NCBI GenBank assembly: GCA_023381615.1
Contig: JAMCQL010000075.1
Location: 5,500-69,499, forward strand
Source of the DNA: Bacteroidota bacterium
GTDB lineage: Bacteria > Bacteroidota > Ignavibacteria > Kryptoniales > JAKASW01
Length of the DNA stretch: 64,000 nt
Reading direction: 5' to 3'
Below are positions 28,705 through 38,552 of the stretch, one piece after another (the first letter of the stretch is position 1; the number at the start of each line of letters is the position of its first letter). The translations under genes and the position numbers were made by a program. Under the pieces are notes generated by a model, which was not told the origin of the DNA, did not search any database, and worked only from the letters and a program-made list of their open reading frames with translations.

Positions 28705-31119
28705 ATGAAAACTCAATTCAAATTTAATTTTGTAAATGTCGTGTTGGCAGTTTTCTTGTTTGCCGGCTTGCCGGCGCTGTCTTTCTCTCAAACAAGAGAA
28801 CAAATCAAGGCACAGGCTGAGAGCGTTCTGCAAGGGATGACTCCTTCCCAGATCGACCAGAAACTTGCGCAGTTAGGTATTTCCCGGCAAGAGGCGGAAA
28901 GCAGAGCGGCAGAGTATGGAATAAGTTTGCAGGATTACCTGTCAAAAGTACAGGTTTCAGCCGCGCCGGTCACTACTCAACCCGCAACAGGCCTTTCTGT
29001 TCCGCAGATCCCACCGCAGACGACACCAGCCGCGGCACCTGCAGCGAGCAAGGGATTTGACGTCCCAGGCTTCGCAGGACGAGCGGGGATCACCTCTGCC
29101 GTTCAGCCGATCGGGTATGACATCTTCCAATATCCCTCTTCAACTTTCCAGCCCGTGGAGAACGTGGCAACGCCTGCGTCTTACATCCTCGGACCGGGAG
29201 ATGAGATCGTTATCACCGTCTGGGGCCAGACGGACCTGAGGTATCAACTAATGGTGAACAGAGACGGCGAGGTCATCGTACCTGTGGTCGGGCCAGTTCA
29301 TGCGGCAGGACTCTCCGTGTCGCAGTTTCGCGAGAGGCTTCTGCGGCGCATGACGACAGTCTATGCAGGTTTGAAGAACGGAGCGCCGAATGCGAACACG
29401 TTCATGGACCTTTCACTCGGGAAACTAAGAACGATACAGGTGTTCGTACTTGGAGAGGTTGTCAGACCGGGCGGGTATCTCGTGTCTTCGATGTCGACGG
29501 TACTTCAGGCGCTCTATCTCTCCGGCGGACCGAACGTGAATGGTACTCTGCGTAACATAAAAATTGTCCGCAGCGGCGACACCACGGCTACTATTGACCT
29601 CTACAATTACATCCTTCGCGGTGACAAGTCGAGCGATATACGCCTTCAGGATGGAGATATAGTTTTCGTTAAGCCTGCAGGCAAGCGGGCTGCACTCGTC
29701 GGCGATGTCGTCAGGCCGGGCATTTATGAATTGAAAGAGAACGAGACCCTCAGCGATCTTCTCAAGCTTGCCGGCGGATTAAGATTTGACGCATATTATA
29801 ACCGTATTCACATTGAGCGTGTAGTTCCGTTCAACGAGCGGAAATTCTATCCCAAAGACCTTCTCGATATTGACCTGCATTTTAATTCTGAAGCGGCCCT
29901 TGCAGAGAGCCCGTATGCCATGGTTGCGGGCGATATTGTTTCGGTGTTCAAGATATCCGATCGCCCTCAAGACAGAGTGGCCATCACCGGTAATGTCTAC
30001 AAACCCGGAAATTTTCAGCTGACTCCCGGCATGCGCGTCAGCGACCTAATCATGGAAGCTGACAGTTTGCAGATGAACACGTTCGCGGACCGCGCGCTTT
30101 TATTCAGACTTCTTCCAAACCTGCGACGGGAAGTGATGTCGTTCAGCCCATTAAGTGCACTTGAAGGTGATGCTTCGAACAACCTCCTTCTGCAGAATGA
30201 GGACAGTGTCGTCGTATTCCAGGAGAGCCAATTCTTCCCACAGCACAGTGTGACCATTTCGGGCGCAGTTAGAAAGCCGGGAAGCTACGTGAGAAACAAC
30301 AACATGACAGTGGCTGACCTCGTCATGATGGCGGGCGGCTTAACAGAGGATGCGGACACGAGCGATTGGGAAATCTCACGCATCGACACAACAAATCTCC
30401 GCATCTACAGCCATGTTTACAGGATCAGCGTGAGCAGTGATTATTGGAACCCCGACGGCGGACAGACATTCGCGCTGAAAGATTTCGACCATGTCAACGT
30501 GCCCACAAACCCAAGGTATAATAAACCTAAGATCGTTCAGATTGAGGGATATGTGCTCTATCCCGGGAGCTACACCATCATAAAAGAGGGAGAGACTTTG
30601 GACGACCTGTTGAAGCGTGCTGGAGGATTGCGGCCTGAGGCTTATCTAACCGCGTCGTTTTACTACAGGAGTCTCAATAACGCCGGGATGATACCGATTG
30701 ATTTCCAAAAAGCAGTTGACGATCCGTCGTCAAAGGACAATCTCCAGCTTCAGCAAGGCGATTCGATCTACATTGGACTTAAGACAAATGTTGTTTATGT
30801 AAGAGGCGATGTGTTTGTTCCATCTGCGATACTATACAAGCCGGGAGCGGGTCCGAGTTATTACGTGGCGCAGGCAGGGGGAATGAAAGAGGATGCCGAT
30901 GAGGACAGGATATCGGTTTTCCTGCCGGGCGGAAAGAGATGGGAGCCGGGATGGTTCATAATCCCTAATCCGGATATTCTCCCCGGCAGCTCGATCTACG
31001 TACCTGTGAAGGTGCAGAAGCCGTCGCAGGCATTAGAAATACTCCGCGATTGGTCGACCACAATGGCGAGCCTGGCGACGGTCATAGTGGCTCTCTATAC
31101 AATAATTAGATATCATTAG
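28705..31119 (+). CDS. polysaccharide export protein (Wza-like, multiple SLBB domains)
   Basis: Signal peptide, Poly_export-like YILGPGDEIVITVWGQ, repeated SLBB-like units, C-terminal TM helix. Confidence 0.85.
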   Translation: MKTQFKFNFVNVVLAVFLFAGLPALSFSQTREQIKAQAESVLQGMTPSQIDQKLAQLGISRQEAESRAAEYGISLQDYLSKVQVSAAPVTTQPATGLSVPQIPPQTTPAAAPAASKGFDVPGFAGRAGITSAVQPIGYDIFQYPSSTFQPVENVATPASYILGPGDEIVITVWGQTDLRYQLMVNRDGEVIVPVVGPVHAAGLSVSQFRERLLRRMTTVYAGLKNGAPNANTFMDLSLGKLRTIQVFVLGEVVRPGGYLVSSMSTVLQALYLSGGPNVNGTLRNIKIVRSGDTTATIDLYNYILRGDKSSDIRLQDGDIVFVKPAGKRAALVGDVVRPGIYELKENETLSDLLKLAGGLRFDAYYNRIHIERVVPFNERKFYPKDLLDIDLHFNSEAALAESPYAMVAGDIVSVFKISDRPQDRVAITGNVYKPGNFQLTPGMRVSDLIMEADSLQMNTFADRALLFRLLPNLRREVMSFSPLSALEGDASNNLLLQNEDSVVVFQESQFFPQHSVTISGAVRKPGSYVRNNNMTVADLVMMAGGLTEDADTSDWEISRIDTTNLRIYSHVYRISVSSDYWNPDGGQTFALKDFDHVNVPTNPRYNKPKIVQIEGYVLYPGSYTIIKEGETLDDLLKRAGGLRPEAYLTASFYYRSLNNAGMIPIDFQKAVDDPSSKDNLQLQQGDSIYIGLKTNVVYVRGDVFVPSAILYKPGAGPSYYVAQAGGMKEDADEDRISVFLPGGKRWEPGWFIIPNPDILPGSSIYVPVKVQKPSQALEILRDWSTTMASLATVIVALYTIIRYH

Positions 31120-31120
31120 T

Positions 31121-31268
31121 CCGAAGGATCTCGACGAGTCGATCTACCTACGGCCTACGGCTCGACGAGTCGACCTACGGTCTCGTAGAGAGTCATCGAC
31201 CTCGTAGAGGTATCGTAGATACGATCCCGTCGGGAGTCATCTCTACGAAACCGTAGGTCGACCTGTGG
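31121..31268. repeat. composite CGTAGG / CTCGTCGAG word element (partner of 28250-28415)
   Basis: See 28250-28415. Confidence 0.7.
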
Positions 31269-31925
31269 ACAGCTTGATGAAAGATTCGACAAAAGGGTGA
31301 AGAGGTGAAAAGGAATATTGGAGAGATGGAAATATGGAACACTGGAAAGGATAGAAGGCGAAGAGGAAAATTGGAATGATGGAACGAGTCGTAAATAAGG
31401 CTAAGAATCATAAAGAAGCTGAACAATGGGACGTGTATCAGCAGATACGAATGACTCCCAAACAGCGGCAAGAAATAGTAAAGGAACTGAAGAAGCGATT
31501 TTTCGGTGAAAACCCACGTGATGTACGAAGCGTTAAGAAATGAAGAGTCGGCTCCAATGGGAATCTCAATTACCCTCACATAGAAGCGTGGTCGAAAAGG
31601 CCTGTGCAAAGAAGAATTACACAGATTGACACGGAGAAATCCTCCCTGTCCGCAGGATCCTTCGGAAATCCCCCTTGGAAGGGGGACAAAGGGGGATTTC
31701 TTATTCTCTGTGGCTCTCTGTCTTGTCTCCGTGGAACTCTGTGTCCCCCTCTTTTCCTGAATCTACTTTTCGGCCACGTCACTAGCCTCCTCCACCATCT
31801 CAGGTAAGGAGTCCGCATGACTCTTCGGAGTCCATCGGACAAGAGGGTGGATGGAAACCCTGCAGGAAGCTTACTCGGAATAATCAGGTCATAAATGCAA
31901 AATTACTACAAGATTAGAGTTGAAC

Positions 31926-33005
31926 ATGCCAGAAAATTTTGACACACCGGTACCAAATCAGCCGTTTGATGACGAGAGCTCGATAGACTTCACGGAGCTT
32001 TTCGCGGTCATATGGCGGGCGAAGAAGAAGATATTTTTGTTCGTTGTCGCTGCGACTGTTCTTGCCATCATAATCAGCCTCATCCTCCCGAAGGCATACA
32101 AGTCAACGGCGACAATTCTTCCGGAGACGAATGCAAGCAAATTGTCGGCTCTCGGAGGCCTTTCCGATATCGCATCACTAGCGGGAGTGAACGTCGGCGA
32201 GGCGCCGCTGACGAAACTCTATCCCGACATCGCGAAAAGCGAAGCTGTGCTGAAGAACATTATCTATACCCAGTATAAAACGGATGAGATGTCAAGTCCT
32301 GAAAATCTAATACAACTCTGGGAAATCAGCGGGAAAACGCCTTACGAGCAGTACGTGACGGCGTTGAAAATACTGGGGAGTGCGTTAAGCATTGATGTCG
32401 ATCGCATGACTAGCGTTATGACGGTCTCGATTGAGACAAAAGATCCGGAGCTTTCCGCAGATATAGTGAACAACGTCGTTGCGGGACTTAATAATTTTAT
32501 GCTGACGAAGCGGAAGAGCAGTGCATCCGAACAGCGGGCATGGATTGCGGAGCGACTTTCAGAAGTCAAAGTATCTCTCGACAGTTCTGAAGATGCACTC
32601 ACGAAGTTCCGGGAGCAGAACAGGCAGGTTGCAAGTTCGCCGCAGCTTCAGATGCAGCAGGAGCGTCTTATGCAGGCGGTGCAGCTTAACTCGACGCTTT
32701 ACATTGAGCTTAGAAAGCAGTATGAGCTTGCGAAGATAGATGAGATCAAGAACATTCCGATAATAAACGTGCTCGATGCCGCAAGGCCGGCCGCTTTCAA
32801 GGACAAGCCTAAGCGCGCTGTCATCGTGCTTGTGGTTTTCTTCTTAGCATTTTTCGGAAGCGTTGGTTATGTCCTGGTTGCGAACTGGTATGGCGGTGAA
32901 TTTAAGAAGCTGATGGGAGTGGTGAAGGGAGAAAAGCTGTTAGCGGTCAGCGATCAGCCCGCCGGAGGCTCCGACTTTCAGCGGTCACGGAATAAAGATC
33001 AGTGA
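31926..33005 (+). CDS. Wzz-type polysaccharide chain-length determinant
   Basis: ATG 31926; N-terminal TM (IFLFVVAATVLAIIISLIL), coiled-coil periplasmic region, C-terminal TM. The last ~20 codons read into word repeats. Confidence 0.8.
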   Translation: MPENFDTPVPNQPFDDESSIDFTELFAVIWRAKKKIFLFVVAATVLAIIISLILPKAYKSTATILPETNASKLSALGGLSDIASLAGVNVGEAPLTKLYPDIAKSEAVLKNIIYTQYKTDEMSSPENLIQLWEISGKTPYEQYVTALKILGSALSIDVDRMTSVMTVSIETKDPELSADIVNNVVAGLNNFMLTKRKSSASEQRAWIAERLSEVKVSLDSSEDALTKFREQNRQVASSPQLQMQQERLMQAVQLNSTLYIELRKQYELAKIDEIKNIPIINVLDAARPAAFKDKPKRAVIVLVVFFLAFFGSVGYVLVANWYGGEFKKLMGVVKGEKLLAVSDQPAGGSDFQRSRNKDQ

Positions 33006-33417
33006 ATAGCAAGAAGTCAGAAGTGAGAAGAGCATCGCGGATTGCGAATTGCCGATTGAGAAGGGCAGTCAACAGTGAAGCGTTCTCTTTTGTCATCCTG
33101 AATTCAGTGTCTAGTGTAGTGCACAGATAAAACGTTACTGGAGGGAGGAAGAATAGATGAAAATAGAATATAGATGCAGAAACAGTCTTCGGCGTTTGTT
33201 CCGAGCACCTTCCTCAGATGAAACTGGTAGCCGAGAAGATTATCGAAGACCTGAAGACACAATGAACCTGAGTTGTTTCAACCACGTATGACGAACCCCG
33301 ACCTCCGAACCTTGAACCCGAAACGCCGAACTCAGAACCCCGAACCAATTTCTATGAGCAATGAGCTATAAGCTACATTCAGGCATCTGGAAACAAGCGT
33401 GAGGAAACCGGATTAGC

Positions 33418-33681
33418 TTGATTATAAGATTCACGCAGCACGCAATGAAGAAATTGAAGGAGCGAGCGATAGATCCTGTGGATGTTAAATGAGCGGTGGA
33501 GGTACCGTTTCTGAAGGAGAGCGATAAAACTTACCCTGGCATTATTCACTTCATTCGTGAGAAGGAGGGTAGGTATCGGAGAGTTCTTGGCAGGTTTGTA
33601 AACAGTGAAACGTTCTTGGTTGTAAGTGCGTTTTATGACAGAAGGCTGAAGAAAAGAGAGGGTAAAAATGCTCAACATTAG
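33418..33681 (+). pseudogene. DUF4258-like toxin gene with in-frame TGA (33490-33492)
   Basis: IRFTQHAMKKLKERAIDPVDVK*AVEVP...LVVSAFYDRR; overlaps the downstream DUF2283 start. Confidence 0.5.
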
Positions 33682-33868
33682 TTACGACAAGGAAGGCGAT
33701 GTGTTAGAGATAAAGTTTTCGGATGAGAAGATTGAAGAAAGTGAGTTCTTAGAAGAATCGGGCTTAGTTTTGGACTACGATTCGAAAGAAAACATTGTGG
33801 CGATCGAAATAGTGTCATTTTCGAAAAGGGTTTCGAAGAACGAGGCATTAGAGGCAATTGCGCTCTGA
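33668..33868 (+). CDS. DUF2283-family small protein (antitoxin-like)
   Basis: YDKEGDVLEIKF...NIVAIEIVSFSKR pattern. Confidence 0.8.
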   Translation: MLNISYDKEGDVLEIKFSDEKIEESEFLEESGLVLDYDSKENIVAIEIVSFSKRVSKNEALEAIAL

Positions 33869-34061
33869 TTTTGCATTTACCGTCGCCCAGTATGGGAATA
33901 TCTCACCGCTTACTGGCGTTTACGGTTTGCTCTGAACTCCTCACCCATCTGCCACGAGCTATGAGGCATGAGCAATCTTGCTTCTGGTTTCTTGCCTCTG
34001 ACTTCTGATTTCTTGTTTCTTCTTACTACCTACACCTACTCAGTGCCTGTTAACATGGTAA

Positions 34062-34181
34062 ATGCCTTACCGTGTCACGTTCCGTCCGGAGACTGAACAA
34101 GATTTTAAACGGCTCGACTCACAAGTAGCTGAACGAATATTGCGCAAGGATCAAGTGGTTGTCCGAAAATCTCGAATTTGA
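34062..34181 (+). pseudogene. RelE/ParE-family toxin N-terminal fragment, frameshifted
   Basis: MPYRVTFRPETEQDFKRLDSQVAERILRK then WLSENLEF in another frame. It merges at ~34172 with the 3' tail of a four-helix-bundle gene (SNLINGFIRYLKNSPRQR*, to 34228). Confidence 0.4.
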
Positions 34182-34305
34182 TAAACGGTTTCATAAGATA
34201 CTTGAAGAATTCTCCTCGTCAGCGCTGAACATCTCCAACTCTGAACCTTGGACTTATATTATACAACTTTGAACTTTTACCACCCTGAACACCGAACATA
34301 ATAAC

Positions 34306-34529
34306 ATGAAGAAAGCTTTAATTACCGGAATCACCGGCCCCCGATATGCTTCGCAACGGGGCAGGCAGGACGGTTCCTATCCTACAGGCCTACCGAAGTT
34401 GATATGTTGGTCGGTGATGCATCCAAGGCAAAGGCAAAATTAGGCTGGGAGCCGAAGACAAAATTTGAAGAGTTGGTTAAATTGATGGCGCGAGCCGACT
34501 ACGAGAAGGTGAAGAAGAGAGGGTATTAA
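34306..34529 (+). pseudogene. gmd: mini-gmd: first ~25 codons (with 27-nt hairpin insert) fused out of frame to the last ~48 codons
   Basis: [25 protein letters not shown] | [48 protein letters not shown]. Confidence 0.8.
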
Positions 34530-34650
34530 TGTCCTCGTTCACCTGTATTGGAAGGTTGATGATGCGGAAGTTGTCAGGAAGCTGGGAGGTATCTCACAAG
34601 TCGAAGATTTTTTGAGAGAAGTTTCTAAATTAGCTGCCTGAACCCATTAT

Positions 34651-34716
34651 CATTACAATAATCCAGAGATCAGCGGCAAGAAGCTCTTTCTTCATCACGG
34701 CGATGTGACTGATACA
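34651..34716 (+). pseudogene. gmd: internal gmd scrap
   Basis: [22 protein letters not shown]. Confidence 0.7.
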
Positions 34717-34983
34717 AGAGACGTGGACGAAGAGTCCATTTCGTGGAAACTTATATTTGGTTCTGACACAGATTTGCAACTCTCGTTTTCAAAATGGGGG
34801 TTCTCGTTCACGTCTCAAGGGCATCTCTAAAAACTAATTTGTTTCACCGCGGAGACGCAAAGACGCTGAGAAAAAATTATAAAAAAAGATACTCTGCGAC
34901 TTCGCGCCTTTGCGGTGAAAAATATTTTGGGGTTTTTCGAGATACCCTCAAGTAATTTGAATCGCCTTTTGGAAAAGATTATT

Positions 34984-35073
34984 CCCGATGAGATATACAA
35001 TCTTGCGGCAATTGAGATAGTCTCATTTTTGAAGAGGGTTTCGAAAAACGAGTCTATAGAAGCACTTGTGCTA
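34984..35073 (+). pseudogene. chimeric scar: gmd PDEIYNLAA joined directly to a DUF2283 C-terminus
   Basis: PDEIYNLAA|IEIVSFLKRVSKNESIEALVL (compare 33668..33868 ...IEIVSFSKRVSKNEALEAIAL). Confidence 0.6.
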
Positions 35074-35122
35074 TGTTTTTGCTCGCGGACGTCCATTTTG
35101 CTAGGGTAGGTTTGTAAGTTGT

Positions 35123-35596
35123 ATGAAGACAGAAGATCTGTTCCAAAGATTTCTTGAAGTTATCGATGCACTTGAGAAAGAAAAAGTCGATTATCTCCTT
35201 GTCGGCGGGTTTGCAGTCGTTTTACATGGAATGCCACGGCTTACACAAGATTTAGATCTCTTTGTTAAAGCAAATGGAGATAATATTGCCCGATTACAAA
35301 AAGCCTTGTACTCCGTATTCGATGATAAAAGTATTTTTGAGATTACAAATACGGAGCTTCAAAATTATCCTGTAATTCGCTATGGATCGGATGAAGGATT
35401 TTCTATCGATGTCATTTCAAGAATAGGAGAGTCTTTTGCGTTTGAGGATCTGCAGTACGAGGAGTTGAATGTTGATGGACACACGGTAAAAATAGCAACG
35501 GCGGAAACGCTCTACCGGCTTAAGGAAAAAACATATCGTGCTATTGACCAAAACGATCTAATTTTTTTGAAAGAATTAATTTCCCGAAAGAAATAA
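35123..35596 (+). CDS. small nucleotidyltransferase-fold protein (putative TA component)
   Basis: VDYLLVGGFAVVLHGMPRLTQDLDLFV motif. Confidence 0.6.
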   Translation: MKTEDLFQRFLEVIDALEKEKVDYLLVGGFAVVLHGMPRLTQDLDLFVKANGDNIARLQKALYSVFDDKSIFEITNTELQNYPVIRYGSDEGFSIDVISRIGESFAFEDLQYEELNVDGHTVKIATAETLYRLKEKTYRAIDQNDLIFLKELISRKK

Positions 35597-35827
35597 ATGC
35601 CGGTTCAAAAATTCAAAACCTTTGATGAAGCTTCTAAAGCTTTATGGAACTTCGCCCCAGACGAGGATTATTACAAAAGGGTAGAAAACTTTTATAAGCT
35701 TGCTTCCCAGCTAATTACTCTTTCTGCTATGAGAGGCATTTACAAGTTTCACGATCTTGAAGAAGTCGAGCAACATCGAATGGAATTTTTGTTGCAGAAC
35801 AGTTTACCCCGGGGGCGCAAAAAATAG
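35597..35827 (+). CDS. small hypothetical protein abutting the nucleotidyltransferase gene
   Basis: ATG immediately after the upstream TAA. Confidence 0.45.
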   Translation: MPVQKFKTFDEASKALWNFAPDEDYYKRVENFYKLASQLITLSAMRGIYKFHDLEEVEQHRMEFLLQNSLPRGRKK

Positions 35828-36464
35828 AACAATTTCAAGAAAGTTTCAATAATCGGACTCGGCTGCATTAAACTTCGGACGGTGGCTGTGCTCGCTCGCG
35901 GATGTCCATTTTGCCAAGTTGGGTTCGTAAAAGAATGACGGTTAGCCATGCGTGTCGAACTTTTCATACAACTTCGATTCGTGATCATTCGTGACATTCC
36001 CCGCTGAGGCGGGGCAGGCTGTGGAAGATATGTTCGTGACATTTGTGGAAGAAAAGTTAGCGTACATTCGTGAAGAAGATCACTTTTCATCGCTTCGCAA
36101 AATACGACCTTTTAACCTTGAACCCTGAACCCCGAACCGAAAACAGGACAACAGAGATAGCGTCTATCTACCTACGGTATCGTAGATACGAGGTCGATGA
36201 CTCTCTACGAGACCGTAGGTCGACTCGTCGAGCCGTAGGCCGTAGGTACGACTCGTCGAGGTCTATCGACCTCCACGAGTCGTCGACTCCTCGGAGTCGT
36301 AGACCGAAGGGTCGTGGACAAGTCGTTGACCTGCGGACTGGCGTCGTATTCAAAGTGGGCTTATACCGTATCAGCCTCTGCTCGGCGGTCATCGTGAATG
36401 GCGCATTGGTTGTATCTACATGATGCGTACCAGCTGTTCTCCCTTGTTGCTATGAGCCGCGTAA

Positions 36465-36702
36465 ATGGGTAAATACGATAAGCTGTTATCAAAGATACTC
36501 GAAGGAACTTCTGATGCCAATATACGGTTCGATGAATTGTGTCAGTTACTGCTTAAGTTAGGATTTGAAGAGCGCATTTGCGGTAGTCATCACATTTTTA
36601 GAAGAGAAGGTAAATCTACAGCGAGATGCAGACAAGGCGAAAATGTACCAGGTACGCCAGGTCCGCAATGTGATTCTGAAGTATGGATTGAGGTTATCAT
36701 GA
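36465..36702 (+). pseudogene. hicA: HicA-family toxin, frameshifted
   Basis: N-part ...GSHHIFRREG. The C-part VNLQRDADKAKMYQVRQVRNVILKYGL is in the +1 frame (compare intact 57258..57509). Confidence 0.6.
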
Positions 36703-36920
36703 AGAGAGATGGGAAGATGAAATATGTGAAGAGAAGAAAGCTTGCAGATTTCTCGAAAGACCGGGAAGAGATGGACTATTGGTCCTCAAGAACGATTGAG
36801 GAGAGACTTGAGGCTGTCGAAATCCTCAGGGCGCGGTGGCAGAAGTTCAACGAATCAAAAAGAGGAAATGGAGACTTCAAAGGACTTCGAAGAGTTCTTC
36901 GAGTTACTCAACTCTCGTAA
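36699..36920 (+). CDS. small hypothetical protein
   Basis: ATGA overlap with the hicA remnant; EEMDYWSSRTIEERLEAVEILR. Confidence 0.4.
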   Translation: MKRDGKMKYVKRRKLADFSKDREEMDYWSSRTIEERLEAVEILRARWQKFNESKRGNGDFKGLRRVLRVTQLS

Positions 36921-37308
36921 AGTCCGCTACATGGTCGTCGGCGGGTATGCATTTGCCGTCCACGCAAAGCCAAGGTACACCGGCGATATAGATGTTTTTG
37001 TAGATTCGAGTATTACAAACGCGCAGAATTTACTGAAAGTTCTTGAAGAGTTTGGTTTCGGTGAATTGGGCATATCCCTGGAAGATTTGACGAAGGCCGA
37101 TCAGGTGATCCAGCTCGGTAATCCTCCGCTGAGAATAGACATCCTGACATCGATTTCCGGTGTGTCCTTTCAGGAAGCATGGAAAAACAAAATAACAGGG
37201 AAATATGGCGAGCAGGGAGTCAATTTCATCGGCAAGGCTGATCTGATCAAGAACAAGAAAGCATCCGGACGAAAAAAAGACATGCTTGATATTGAGGATC
37301 TGCAGTGA
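36868..37308 (+). CDS. small nucleotidyltransferase-fold protein (paralog of 35123..35596)
   Basis: ATG 36868 after AGAGGA; VRYMVVGGYAFAVHAKPRYTGDIDVFV. Confidence 0.6.
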   Translation: METSKDFEEFFELLNSRKVRYMVVGGYAFAVHAKPRYTGDIDVFVDSSITNAQNLLKVLEEFGFGELGISLEDLTKADQVIQLGNPPLRIDILTSISGVSFQEAWKNKITGKYGEQGVNFIGKADLIKNKKASGRKKDMLDIEDLQ

Positions 37309-37356
37309 GTTTGAAACATTTTGGATGTCGTCTGTTAGCGCTCCTTACATAACAAC

Positions 37357-38002
37357 ATGAAGAAGGCCTTGATAACCGGCATCGCCGGCCCCCGATATGC
37401 TTCGCAACGGGGCAGGGAGGACGGTCCCTATCTTGCTGAACTTCTTTTAGAAAAGGGCTACGAAGTTCACGGGATAATCCGACGAAGCAGCTCGTTCAAC
37501 ACCGGCAGAATTGATCACCTCTACAATAATCCAGAGATAAACGGCAAGACGCTATTCCTTCATTATGGTGACGTTACCGATACAAGCAATCTAAACAGGC
37601 TGCTCAAGAATGTCGAGCCGGATGAGATATACAACCTTGCGGCCCAGAGCCACGTCAAAGTCTCATTTGAGGTGCCGGAATATACGGCTGAGGTGGATGC
37701 TGTGGGCACGCTTCGTTTTCTCGATGCAATAAGAGAGACGGGCTTAAAGACGAAATTCTACCAGGCGTCAACGAGCGAACTCTTCGGCAAAGTGCAAGCG
37801 GTGCCGCAAAATGAGAAGACTCCCTTTTATCCGCGAAGCCCTTATGGCGTTGCTAAGCTGTATGGGTACTGGATCATTAGCGAAGAAGGAATTAGGATGG
37901 GAACCGAAGACGAAATTCTCCGAATGGATCTCTTCGGGAGAGGAGTTGGTCAAATTGATGGCGCGGGCCGATTATGAAAAGGTCAAGAAGAGGGGGTATT
38001 GA
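37357..38002 (+). pseudogene. gmd: gmd with large internal deletion (about 175 N-terminal codons + ~40 C-terminal codons, out of frame)
   Basis: Track ORFs 37357..37977 and 37811..38002. Has the 27-nt hairpin insert and a second 24-nt insert (SEWISSGE) in the C-terminal part. Confidence 0.85.
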
Positions 38003-38070
38003 GGTTCAATGTTTCGGGTTCAAAGTTCTGAGTTGTGGGTTCGGGATGCGGAGTTGATGGTTAGTGGTTG
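38003..38070. repeat. heptamer tract in reverse orientation (GGTTC-type)
   Basis: GGTTCAATGTTTCGGGTTCAAAGTTCTGAGTTGTGGGTTCGGG directly after the mini-gmd stop. Confidence 0.7.
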
Positions 38071-38200
38071 TTATCGGAATTTCAGTCTGTTTTAATGATA
38101 TTAGAAAGCATGTGAAAGGAGAGCGAGGACAGCAATGGCAGATATTTATTGGAGAAAATACATAAGAAGCAAAATAAGTTAGAGAGTGGGTGCGTGTACT

Positions 38201-38436
38201 ATGGAAAACGATTTAATTCAGCGAATCACAATAAACCCTGATAATTTGGTGGTAAGCCCATTATACGGGGTATGCGAATTGCGGTGGAGCATATTTTGGG
38301 CATGTTAGCTGCCGGGTCAACGACAGAGGAGATATTAGAGGGATATCCTTATCTTGAAAGGGAGGACATTCAAGCATGTTTATTGTATGCCTACCGACTT
38401 TCCGCACATGAACGCTTTGAGGCAGTCACGTCGTAG
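38201..38436 (+). pseudogene. DUF433-family antitoxin-like gene, frameshifted
   Basis: MENDLIQRITINPD... then GMRIAVEHILGMLAAGSTTEEILEGYPYLEREDIQACLLYA in another frame. Confidence 0.6.
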
Positions 38437-38552
38437 TGAAATTCCTGGTAGATTCATGTTTGTCGCGGTTTGCTGTGGAAGCTCTCCATCGGAACAATAC
38501 CGTAGAGCGGTTCCGAGTTCGGATAAAATATCCTGGGGACAAGGAAATATGA
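38436..38552 (+). pseudogene. truncated DUF5615-like (PIN-like) partner
   Basis: VKFLVDSCLSRFAVEALHRNN...; 38 codons only; TAGTG overlap with the upstream gene. Confidence 0.35.
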
